Below, one piece after another: positions 52,803 to 61,259 of a DNA stretch of 64,000 bases; the first letter of the stretch is position 1, and each line of letters opens with the position of its first letter. Under the pieces are notes generated by a model. It made no database searches and was not told the origin of the DNA. It saw only the letters and a list, made by a program, of their open reading frames with translations. Source of the stretch: a bacterium (GTDB lineage: Bacteria > Armatimonadota > UBA5829); contig JAJFUS010000011.1 in NCBI GenBank assembly GCA_021372295.1, forward strand, positions 19,442 to 83,441, in the 5' to 3' direction. Both the position numbers and the translations under genes were made by a program.

Positions 52803-54614
52803 ATGATATCAAAAGATCCGAAGCGGGGCCTGCTGCAACTGGTCACAAAACGCGATGTGCTGGATGTCCCGGAGCCTAATTTGCTCAGGGAAATGTTTCC
52901 GTACGCCGAAGTGCCGCGAATAGTCTTCGATGGCCGGATGGTGCCCATGGAGCCTGCAAAAGACTTGTACATCACAGACACCACATTTCGAGACGGTCAG
53001 CAGGCGCGCCCGCCATATAGGGTGGAGGATATCGTTCGGCTATACGATATGATGAGCAGGCTGGGCGGGCCCAACGGCGTAATCCGCGCCACCGAGTTTT
53101 TCCTGTATAGCGAAAAAGACAAGGAAGCGGTCAGAAAATGCCAGGAACTTGGGCACAAATATCCCGAAGTGACCGGCTGGATACGCGCGACCAAAGAAGA
53201 CTTCAAGCTCGTCAAGAGCATGGGGCTCAAGGAAACCGGCATCCTGACCTCCGCGTCCGATTATCATATATTTCTAAAGTTTAAAAAGACCCGCGCGCAG
53301 GTGCTCAATCACTATCTCGATCTAGTGACGACTGCGCTGGAGTCGGGGCTCGACGCGGTGAGATGCCACCTTGAAGACATCACCCGCGCGGACTTTCCTG
53401 GGTTTATCATACCGTTTGTGCAGAAATTGATGGAGATTGCCGAGCAGTCCGGCAAGATCGTCAAAGTCAGGCTCTGCGACACAATGGGCTACGGCTTGCC
53501 TTATGCCGAGGCGGCGCTGCCCAGGAGCATTCCCAAGATGATCCATACAATGATCCACGAGTGCGGCGTGCCCAGTGAGTGGCTGGAGTGGCATGGTCAC
53601 AACGACTTTCATAAAGTGCTTGTCAACGCGACCACTGCCTGGCTTTACGGCTGCTCGGCGTCGAACTGCGCGCTGCTGGGGTTCGGCGAGCGCACCGGCA
53701 ACCCGCCGCTTGAAGGAGCGATAATGGACTATATCTCGCTCAAGGGCGACACAAACGGCATCGACACGCGCGTCATTACCGAGATCGCCGAATTCTTCAG
53801 GAAAGAGGTCGAGGTGGACATTCCGGCCGGCTATCCGTTTATCGGAACACACTTTAACGTCACCAGCGCGGGAATTCACGCTGACGGCATGCTAAAGAGC
53901 GAGGAAATTTACAATATTTTCGACACAGACAAGATACTTAACCGCCCCGCGCGCGTAAATGTCACGGACAAGTCCGGCGTGGCTGGAATTGCGCACTGGG
54001 TCAACAGTTATCTTGGCCTGAAGCCCGAGTCCGCGCTCGATAAACGGCATCCGGGGTTGCTTTCCATGCAGGAATGGGTCAGAGAGCAATACGCGGAGGG
54101 ACGGGTGACGTCCATCTCCGATGACGAAATGCTCATGCAGGCGAGAATGCATCTGCACGAGTACTTCAAGAGCGATTTCGACCGCCTCCGAGATCACGCT
54201 CTGGACATTTCCGAGAAGATCATGCTCAAGCTGGTGGAAGACTCGCGAATCCATACCATGGATTCCAAGGTAATAGCGCCGGTGCTGCAGAAGGCGCTGA
54301 CGCAATTGCCGTTTATCCAGTTTATCTATGTGATAGATATGAAAGGCAACAAGATCACCGAGAACGTCACCCAGCCAATCTATCGCGAACAATACGGCAA
54401 GTTCGGCGTTAAGGAAGACTTCTCGACCAGAGACTGGTTCAAAGGCGCTCTTAGTACGGGATATGGAGAGGTCTTCATCACCGACTTCTACAAGTCTCGA
54501 ATCACCGGAGCGCTGTGCATCACTGTCTCCGCCGCCATTTTCGACGACGAAGACAAGCCGATGGGCGTTATCGGCGCAGACCTCAAGTTCGAGGAACTGG
54601 CTAGAATACTTTAA
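52803..54614 (+). CDS. HMGL-like synthase (isopropylmalate / homocitrate / Re-citrate synthase superfamily) fused to a C-terminal Cache-like sensor domain
   Basis: LYITDTTFRDGQQA, FFLYSEKDKEAV and HGHNDF are aldolase-type DRE-TIM motifs. The C-terminal 150 aa, YVIDMKGNKITENV...TRDWFKGALSTGYGEVFITDFYKSRITGALCITVSAAIFDDEDKPMGVIGADL, follow the Cache/PDC pattern. Confidence 0.8.
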   Translation: MISKDPKRGLLQLVTKRDVLDVPEPNLLREMFPYAEVPRIVFDGRMVPMEPAKDLYITDTTFRDGQQARPPYRVEDIVRLYDMMSRLGGPNGVIRATEFFLYSEKDKEAVRKCQELGHKYPEVTGWIRATKEDFKLVKSMGLKETGILTSASDYHIFLKFKKTRAQVLNHYLDLVTTALESGLDAVRCHLEDITRADFPGFIIPFVQKLMEIAEQSGKIVKVRLCDTMGYGLPYAEAALPRSIPKMIHTMIHECGVPSEWLEWHGHNDFHKVLVNATTAWLYGCSASNCALLGFGERTGNPPLEGAIMDYISLKGDTNGIDTRVITEIAEFFRKEVEVDIPAGYPFIGTHFNVTSAGIHADGMLKSEEIYNIFDTDKILNRPARVNVTDKSGVAGIAHWVNSYLGLKPESALDKRHPGLLSMQEWVREQYAEGRVTSISDDEMLMQARMHLHEYFKSDFDRLRDHALDISEKIMLKLVEDSRIHTMDSKVIAPVLQKALTQLPFIQFIYVIDMKGNKITENVTQPIYREQYGKFGVKEDFSTRDWFKGALSTGYGEVFITDFYKSRITGALCITVSAAIFDDEDKPMGVIGADLKFEELARIL

Positions 54615-54818
54615 CTTGAGGGTTTCACCCTCAAACTCCCGACCAAGGGCTCTGCCCTTGGAACCCGCCAGGAGCCGAGTGGCCCCTGGACTCCCCGTTT
54701 CGAAGTTTGGTTCCCCCAATGGGGGAACCAAACTTCGAGTCAGAAGGTCAAGGAAACCAGGTTTCCTTGCAGAGTCCAGAGGCAAAGCCTTTGGCAGGGA
54801 TTGGGGCAGAGCCCCAAA
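54615..54818 (+). repeat. seven-hairpin mosaic repeat, copy 6 (full)
   Basis: Begins at the base after the TAA stop (54612-54614). M4 at 54701-54737. Confidence 0.9.
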
Positions 54819-54872
54819 TTAAAGATGACAAGGCCCGTTTTCTGTTTCCCAAACTTTTCACAAAAAATGCCA

Positions 54873-54901
54873 TTGCCACCGGCCAAACTCTGAAGTATAA
54901 T
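54873..54901 (+). promoter_or_regulatory. candidate sigma-70 promoter of the sigH-like gene
   Basis: TTGCCA, 17 nt, TATAAT. Lies 47 nt upstream of the ATG. Confidence 0.5.
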
Positions 54902-54948
54902 GCAGCTACAGAGCTTTTTCCTGGACATTGTTCACCTCGGAGGAAATT

Positions 54949-55590
54949 ATGAGGGTCTACAGGGAGATTGCCGGATCCTGCTACGACCGGTTGTCGGACA
55001 ACGTCGTTGTCGAATTGGCGCAGAATGGGGACGTACGCGCTTCCGAGCATTTGTTGTACAAGTACCGCAGCCTGGTTCGCACGAAAACCCGCTCATATTT
55101 TTTGATGGGCGCCGAAAAGGACGACTTGCTGCAGATCGGTATGATAGGGTTGTGGCAGTCGATAATGGACTACGCGCCCGATAAGGAAATATCATTCCTC
55201 TCGTTTGCCAGAATCTGCATTGAACGCCACGTAATCACCGCAATCAAGACCGCCACTCGCCGGAAACAAGCTCCCCTGAACAACGCAATCTCACTGGACT
55301 ACTGTGTCGAAGAAGGCGAATCCGATTTTTGTCTGGAGGAAGTATTGGTCTCGAATGTCGACCTCGATCCTGAAGAAATGCTTTTGCGGACGGAAAGCGC
55401 CAAGATTATCCGCGAGACGCTGAAAAGGGCGCTCTCGAGTTTTGAGTGGGAAGTGTTGAAAAGATACCACATGGGCAAGTCGTATCGCGAAATCGCCCGT
55501 GACCTCGAATGCAACACCAAATCGGTCGATAACGCTCTGGGCAGGATCAAACGAAAAGTTACCGACCATGCTGGAATCGTTGTCGCTTAA
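54949..55590 (+). CDS. sigH: sigma-70 family sigma factor, SigH-like
   Basis: YKYRSLVRTKTRSYFLMGAEKDDLLQIGMIGLWQSIMDYAPDKEISFLSFARICIERHVITAIKTATRRKQAPLN closely parallels Bacillus SigH regions 2.1-2.4. The C-terminus KSVDNALGRIKRK is region 4.2. ATG follows GGAGG, with a TTGCCA-17-TATAAT promoter. Confidence 0.85.
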   Translation: MRVYREIAGSCYDRLSDNVVVELAQNGDVRASEHLLYKYRSLVRTKTRSYFLMGAEKDDLLQIGMIGLWQSIMDYAPDKEISFLSFARICIERHVITAIKTATRRKQAPLNNAISLDYCVEEGESDFCLEEVLVSNVDLDPEEMLLRTESAKIIRETLKRALSSFEWEVLKRYHMGKSYREIARDLECNTKSVDNALGRIKRKVTDHAGIVVA

Positions 55591-55647
55591 TCCTCAGCAA
55601 CATCCGACAGATTGGCTTGCTATGGGTTCCCGAAGAGCGTCCCATAC

Positions 55648-55676
55648 TTGACACCAGCGCTGCCTGGGTTTACAAT
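55648..55676 (+). promoter_or_regulatory. candidate sigma-70 promoter of the ASCH gene
   Basis: TTGACA, 17 nt, TACAAT. Confidence 0.5.
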
Positions 55677-55704
55677 TGCAGCATTGCAGACACGGAGTAA
55701 CATA

Positions 55705-56097
55705 ATGTTCGCCATTAACTTTTACCCCGAGCTTTATGCGGATGCCCTTATGCGCGGGCGCAAGAGCGCCACTATAAGGATCGGCGACAAGTCGGATAAA
55801 TACCAGAGTGGTCAGATAGTGTGGATCACCGTCGGAAGACGCTACCAGGTTCGTCGAAAACTCTTTACGGCCGTCATTGACGATGTGGTGGTCAAAAAGA
55901 TCGGCAACCTCACAAATATGGAAGTCGAGAAAGAAAATCTGGAGTTCCGCAGCGCCGAGGACGTAATGACGCTGCTGTCTCGAATTTACGACCGCATCGT
56001 TACTCCGCTGGATACCGTTACCATAATCACGTTTTCACCGGTCAGAGAGACAGGTAGTAAAGAAGAGTTTGAAGAGATTTTCGACCGCTGGGTCTAG
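55705..56097 (+). CDS. ASCH-domain protein
   Basis: ATG 55705 follows GGAG, with a TTGACA-17-TACAAT promoter upstream. RGRKSATIRIGDKSDKYQSGQIVWI is an ASCH-like beta-barrel pattern. Confidence 0.6.
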   Translation: MFAINFYPELYADALMRGRKSATIRIGDKSDKYQSGQIVWITVGRRYQVRRKLFTAVIDDVVVKKIGNLTNMEVEKENLEFRSAEDVMTLLSRIYDRIVTPLDTVTIITFSPVRETGSKEEFEEIFDRWV

Positions 56098-58079
56098 TCC
56101 GGCCTGCAATCGTAAAGCTCGGACATTCTCATAGGGCCTCCTTCAAACGTTGCGTCGGGAGCCTGCCACAGCGATGAATCGACCGGCTTGCCGTGTTTGA
56201 TCACCCACCCGAAGATGTCGGAATTGCTGTGTCCTCCGGGACCGCCGCCCATACCGGAGACCATTACAAACCTCACCTCACCGTTGGATACCATCTTCGC
56301 GAATTGCTCCACTGTGCTGGAGGGGTCGTTTCCAGACCATCCGCCAATCCCCATTACCGGTTTGCCGCTGTCTATGACAATCTGTGATGCGGCTTGGACG
56401 CCTGTGGTCGCCAGAATATAACGCTCGCCGCCGTGGTTAGATTTCAAAAAACTGATCAGCTTCGGGTTTTCGATGCTGTACATGCCGGGCTGGACGCTTT
56501 GGAACCATCCGCCCATCGAGTTAGGACCCGCGGTTGGCATCGTACCATTGACCGGCGAGAGAAGAGGAGTCACCGACCATCCCGCGGGACACATAAGGAT
56601 CGCCAGCATACCGATCGTAACACAAATTATTTGCCACATGGCCGCACGCTTCTTAGGTAACTTGGCGACAATTAGACCGACCGTTGCGACCAGCGTGCTT
56701 CCCATTAAAATGGGATACAGCGCATCACTCCACTGCGTATAATTCTCAAGGATGGAAGCCTGCCAGGAAGCACTCGCAAGCAGCGCGACAGGCAATAGAT
56801 AACTCCGCCAGCCATCTTTAAGATACTCAGACCACAGCGATACTACGCCTATACCCACCAGCGCCGCCAGCGACGGGCCGAGCGCCACCAGGTAATACTC
56901 ATGGATAATGCCCCGGGCGAAGCTGAATACGATGCAGTGTGTAACCAGCAACCCCGTCCACAAGATCAGCGCCAGTGCCCGAGAGTCTACAGGCCATTTC
57001 CTTCGGATCAGCGACGCCGCACATATAAGACCGACCGCCGCCAGCGGGAACAGCCATGTAATCTGATCGGCCATTTGCTCATTTGCGAGGCGGAAGAGTC
57101 CCGGAGTGCCTCCGAATCCCTGTCGCATTCCGCCGTTTCCCGGAGGATTCCCTCCACCTGCCATTGGAGGAAATCCTCCGGCTGCATTCCGACCGCCGGG
57201 AAAACCGCCCGGCCCGCCGGACCCGCCTGCAAAGTTGCCTTCTTGCCCGGTAATGCGTCCCAGCCCATTGTAACCGAGTATCAGTTCGACCTCAGAACTG
57301 TTTTGAGTTCCACCGACAAACGGCCTCTCGGAAGCTGGAATCATGTCCACGACAACAGCCCACGACATCGACACTACTGCCAATACTAACGCGGCGCCGA
57401 CAAGGTGCGCGAGCCGCTTCTTCCACCCGACGGGCGCGCCGAGTATATACACCAGCGCAAATGTCGGCACTACGATAAAGGCGGCCATCATCTTGATGTT
57501 GAACCCAATTCCCACAAGCGCCGCCGATGCCAGTAACAAGCTCAATCGACCGGTCTCGGCTGCTCTTACCAGCGTCCAGGCCGCAAGGAGGAGGGTCAGC
57601 GCGAGCAGGGTGTCGAGATTGTTGGTGCGGTCCATTGCGACGCTGATCGGTGTGACCGCTAGAACCAGCGCCGCAATGAGTCCCGCACTGGCGACGAAGA
57701 TGCGGCGAACCATTGCATATATGATCGCCACCGACGCCATTCCCGCCAGCGCCTGGGGCAGCAGCAGATTGATCCCCTTGTAGCCCAGGAGCTTGGCAAA
57801 CGCCACCTGCGCCCAAAGCGCGACGGGAGGCTTATCCACCGTGATGTATCCACCGGGATCGAATGATGCAAAGAAGAAATTGTGCCAGCTCTGCATCATG
57901 CTGCGAACCGCAGCGGCATAGTAGGTATTTCCGAAGCCGTTTTGGTCGAGCCGCCAAAGCCTGAGCGCGGAAGCGACGAGCAAAATCAAAACAAACGCTA
58001 TCGGTTCCCACTTCCATCCCGCGGAACTAGCCGGGTTCTTTGCCGGATTGCGCCCGGCCGCTGTGGATCTGCTTTTCAT
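56094..58079 (-). CDS. GT39/GT83-type (ArnT/PMT-like) membrane glycosyltransferase with a C-terminal periplasmic domain
   Basis: LRLWRLDQNGFGNTYYAAAVRSMMQSWHNFFFASFDPGGYITVDKPPVALW and more than 10 TM helices. Start at ATG 58079. The track ORF start at 58235 reads through repeat copy 7. Confidence 0.85.
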   Translation of the reverse strand: MKSRSTAAGRNPAKNPASSAGWKWEPIAFVLILLVASALRLWRLDQNGFGNTYYAAAVRSMMQSWHNFFFASFDPGGYITVDKPPVALWAQVAFAKLLGYKGINLLLPQALAGMASVAIIYAMVRRIFVASAGLIAALVLAVTPISVAMDRTNNLDTLLALTLLLAAWTLVRAAETGRLSLLLASAALVGIGFNIKMMAAFIVVPTFALVYILGAPVGWKKRLAHLVGAALVLAVVSMSWAVVVDMIPASERPFVGGTQNSSEVELILGYNGLGRITGQEGNFAGGSGGPGGFPGGRNAAGGFPPMAGGGNPPGNGGMRQGFGGTPGLFRLANEQMADQITWLFPLAAVGLICAASLIRRKWPVDSRALALILWTGLLVTHCIVFSFARGIIHEYYLVALGPSLAALVGIGVVSLWSEYLKDGWRSYLLPVALLASASWQASILENYTQWSDALYPILMGSTLVATVGLIVAKLPKKRAAMWQIICVTIGMLAILMCPAGWSVTPLLSPVNGTMPTAGPNSMGGWFQSVQPGMYSIENPKLISFLKSNHGGERYILATTGVQAASQIVIDSGKPVMGIGGWSGNDPSSTVEQFAKMVSNGEVRFVMVSGMGGGPGGHSNSDIFGWVIKHGKPVDSSLWQAPDATFEGGPMRMSELYDCRPD

Positions 58080-58104
58080 GCGTTCAAAACCTCTGATATT
58101 TAGT

Positions 58105-58236
58105 TCTGAGGGTTTCACCCTCAGACTCCCACCAAGGGCGCTGCCCTTGGATCCCGCCAGGAGCCGAGTGGCCCCTGGACCCCCTTCCAGAGTCCAGAGG
58201 TAAAGCCTTTTGCATGGTTTGGGGCAGAGCACCAAA
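58105..58236 (+). repeat. seven-hairpin mosaic repeat, copy 7 (short form, lacks M4-M5)
   Basis: M1, M2 and M3 are intact. M6 and M7 are slightly decayed. Lies between the stop at 58249 and the start at 58079. Confidence 0.85.
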
Positions 58237-58248
58237 TATCCCGCCAGA

Positions 58249-59037
58249 CTATTGTGTGTCTGACGTGCTGATCTCGACTCCGCCGGTCAGGTAGTTCTTT
58301 GATACAACCTCAGCGGGGTTATACCACTTGGCGTGGCCGTCCAGAAACGCATAGTTTGAACCCCCTTTGTGTCGCGTCGAAACCGTATTGTAACCGACGT
58401 AAAGATAACCGTCGTCGGTCGAGTTGGTCCTTATATATGACGCGCTTGATCCGCTTTCGCTGCTGGATGCTTCCTCGCCCAGCATTACCCATTTCGACGC
58501 CTGGTAGAAGTCCGATAGCGATCTGCCCTGCGCAAAGCCCGAGGTGGACTTGCTGGCGGTAAACTTTCCTTCCGAATCGTAAGAGCCGAACAAATACGAA
58601 TTTGCCGAGTAAGAATTGCCAGACTGTTTTCCCTGCATGTCCGAAGGACAGATATACACATTCATGCTATTGACATAATGGAATAAACTGCCCTGCTGCG
58701 GGTTAAACGAATTCCTGCTCTCTGTAGTATCATTGGCCGGGTACTTGCTGAAATACATCCAGCCTCCGAGTTGTCCCGCGCCCGTGGTGCCGTCAGTGGA
58801 GTTAGGCAATCTGTTGCCGTTGTCGTCGGTATAGAGCATAAACCCCGATGCCAGCTGTTTGACATTGTTCAGGCAGGACGCGGATCTTCCGCTCTCCAGC
58901 GCTGACTCGAATGCCGGAAACAGCATAGCCGCCAATGTGGCGATCACGGAGATTACCGTAAGCAGCTCGACCAGAGTGAAACCCTGCTCTTGCTTGACGA
59001 TCTTTATTGAATTGTTGCCGAATCTCAAGGTTCTCAT
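58249..59037 (-). CDS. prepilin-type N-terminal cleavage/methylation protein, DUF1559 / H-X9-DG class
   Basis: QGFTLVELLTVISVIATLAAMLFPAF and C-terminal HKGGSNYAFLDGHAKW. Confidence 0.85.
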   Translation of the reverse strand: MRTLRFGNNSIKIVKQEQGFTLVELLTVISVIATLAAMLFPAFESALESGRSASCLNNVKQLASGFMLYTDDNGNRLPNSTDGTTGAGQLGGWMYFSKYPANDTTESRNSFNPQQGSLFHYVNSMNVYICPSDMQGKQSGNSYSANSYLFGSYDSEGKFTASKSTSGFAQGRSLSDFYQASKWVMLGEEASSSESGSSASYIRTNSTDDGYLYVGYNTVSTRHKGGSNYAFLDGHAKWYNPAEVVSKNYLTGGVEISTSDTQ

Positions 59038-59069
59038 GTCCGCAATCTCCTTTCACAGGAGTTAACAAT

Positions 59070-59633
59070 CTACCGGGTTGCGCCGTTGGAGTTTGGCGGG
59101 GCCGGCATATTGGAACCGCCGCCGCCAGGAGGAGGCATCGCTCCACCTTGTCTCGGTCCTTGCCCTGGCCCTTGCCCAGGCCTCTGGCCATTAGACGGCG
59201 GGCGCATGTTTTTCTGCATCTCTTCAAACTTAGTACGCTGCTCGGTGGTCAGCACGGCTTTAATCTTTGCGTCGATTTCCTGTCGAGCCTGCTGCATTTG
59301 CTTCATTTCGTCTGCACTTGGGCGGCTTGGTCGAGATTGATTGCCAACGGGCCTGGGCATCTTTTGAATCATTTCCCGCTCGATCTTCTCTATCTGCGCC
59401 TTTTGGTCGTCGGTCAACTTGAGCTGCTTGGTCATCATCTCAGCCATTCCGCCGCCGCCAGGCCCTCCAGGTCTGCCAGGCCCTCCTGGGCCGCCTCGAT
59501 TCCCCATCTGCTGCTGCAGAGCCTGCCTGTCTGCCGACTGGTGCGAATGCCACTGTATGGCTATTACAAGCACTGCCAGTAATACGGCTGCCAGCGCGAC
59601 ATATTTGTTTTTCGCTGCCGATTTGAGTGTCAT
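59070..59633 (-). CDS. periplasmic Spy/CpxP-family LTxxQ-motif protein
   Basis: Signal-anchor. Two LTxxQ motifs (LKLTDDQKAQIEKIE, VLTTEQRTKFEEM). Gly/Pro-rich flanks. Confidence 0.75.
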   Translation of the reverse strand: MTLKSAAKNKYVALAAVLLAVLVIAIQWHSHQSADRQALQQQMGNRGGPGGPGRPGGPGGGGMAEMMTKQLKLTDDQKAQIEKIEREMIQKMPRPVGNQSRPSRPSADEMKQMQQARQEIDAKIKAVLTTEQRTKFEEMQKNMRPPSNGQRPGQGPGQGPRQGGAMPPPGGGGSNMPAPPNSNGATR

Positions 59634-59822
59634 AGTCGTCTCCCATGAAAACAGTTTAGAGCGGAGGAGGGATAGTAGGTAGCCTTGCTCACAACCGCTC
59701 AGGCAGATGCAAAGTCTGATGTTTCCATAGGCATCTTAGCATTAGAGGATGAACAAGTTATGAATGTGAGAAAATTGCTTGCATTATTTATGCGGCTAAG
59801 GCGAGGGCAGTATGAGGAAAAA

Positions 59823-61259
59823 TCAGGCGATGGGCAAGGCGATGTGGACAGTCAGTCCGCTGCCCTCGACGCTTTGAAAAGTCATGCTGCCGGAGTGGGC
59901 TTCCACGATGCTCTTGCTGATAGCAAGTCCAAGCCCAGTGCCGCCGTACTTGCGGTTTCGCGATTCGTCCACGCGATAGAACCGCTCACACAGATGCGGT
60001 AGGTGTTCCGGCGCGACTCCCGGCCCGGTGTCCGACACACATGCGCGCACCATATGCCTGTCGCACTCGGCGCTGATAGTGATTCGCCCGTTCAAAGGAG
60101 TATGACGAGCGGCATTGTCGATGAGGTTAGTGAAAAGTCGAATTAAATGATCTGGGTCGCCCATCGTCATCGGCGAAGGATCGTCAATTTTCAGCTCGAT
60201 TTGGGCATGTTGTGAAACGCGCAGCATTCTAGTTGCCGCTTCGATCACTTCGCGGACGGCCACCGGGCGAGTGTCCATCTTGAGTTGTCCGGCATCGGAT
60301 CGAACCAGCATGAGCAGATCCTCGACAATCCTGCTCATTGCCGTAGCCGCCTGGTCGCAGCTTTGCATGGTGCGTTTGAAATCGCTGGGGGTGATGTCGT
60401 CATGCAGGGCAAAACTGGTGTGAGCCTTGATAACGGTAAGCGGTGTCCTGAGTTCGTGCGAAGCGTCGGCGGTAAACCGGCGCAGTTGTTCGAATGAGCG
60501 TTCGATGCGCTCGAGCATGGTGTTGAACGTTGAAGAGAGCTGCGCGAACTCGTCCCTGCCGACGATTTTCAGGCGCTGCGAGAGGTTGGTCCCGCCGATT
60601 TGCGAAGCTGTTTGAGTGATTTGCCGCAGGGGGATCAGCAGGCGCTCGGTAAGATAAAACGCGCTGATGGTGGCGAATATCAGGGCTACAGGGATGAGCG
60701 TGAGAAGCATGCTCGTCAGCCAGGCCATATCTCCTCTCACTTCCGAAAGCGGGTAGGCGATCTGCGCGACGCCCACAATGTTGCGGCCGCCGTGAATGGG
60801 AGTGGACACAATGCGTACCGGCTGGCCGCTTCGCGTGATTGTTTTGTATATCCGCTGACCGCGCAGCGATCCGGCAAACGCTTTGGCATCCCATGGGCCT
60901 TCGGTATCCTGCCCGAACATGGAATGCCCCTGCAGATCGAAAAGCCTCGGGCGCAGCCGTGTGAGGTTATCCCCGTCATGATGATCGTCGCCGGGAGGAG
61001 GCCCAGGCTGTCCCAGACGAAACCACCCCGGAGGAGGTTGAGGCATATCAGGGGCGGGCAGGTCGTCCATTCGTTCCGACATCCGCTCCAACACCACGCT
61101 TCTGGCATCCAACTCTCGATCCACCGATCTTATCAAAGCCGACTCGACCGAGTATCTGAGCAAGGCTCCCATAACGATCATCACGAAAGCCATAGTGCCG
61201 ACGATCCACAAAATCATGTGCGTTCTGATGGATTTGGCTTCCGGCAAGCGCAGTTTCAT
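59823..61259 (-). CDS. membrane sensor histidine kinase (HAMP-HisKA-HATPase, CpxA/BaeS-like)
   Basis: Two TM helices, a HAMP domain, H-box FTADASHELRTPLTVIKA and G-boxes DTGPGV, GGTGLGLAI. 4-nt overlap with the regulator gene. Confidence 0.92.
   Translation of the reverse strand: MKLRLPEAKSIRTHMILWIVGTMAFVMIVMGALLRYSVESALIRSVDRELDARSVVLERMSERMDDLPAPDMPQPPPGWFRLGQPGPPPGDDHHDGDNLTRLRPRLFDLQGHSMFGQDTEGPWDAKAFAGSLRGQRIYKTITRSGQPVRIVSTPIHGGRNIVGVAQIAYPLSEVRGDMAWLTSMLLTLIPVALIFATISAFYLTERLLIPLRQITQTASQIGGTNLSQRLKIVGRDEFAQLSSTFNTMLERIERSFEQLRRFTADASHELRTPLTVIKAHTSFALHDDITPSDFKRTMQSCDQAATAMSRIVEDLLMLVRSDAGQLKMDTRPVAVREVIEAATRMLRVSQHAQIELKIDDPSPMTMGDPDHLIRLFTNLIDNAARHTPLNGRITISAECDRHMVRACVSDTGPGVAPEHLPHLCERFYRVDESRNRKYGGTGLGLAISKSIVEAHSGSMTFQSVEGSGLTVHIALPIA

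Noticed and set aside
8447-58236. Could the seven repeat copies be a dispersed or degenerate CRISPR array?
   Set aside because: Copies are 4-27 kb apart and about 200 bp long, and they are composed of multiple different palindromes. They are not interleaved with regular 30-40-nt spacers. No cas genes are in the window.
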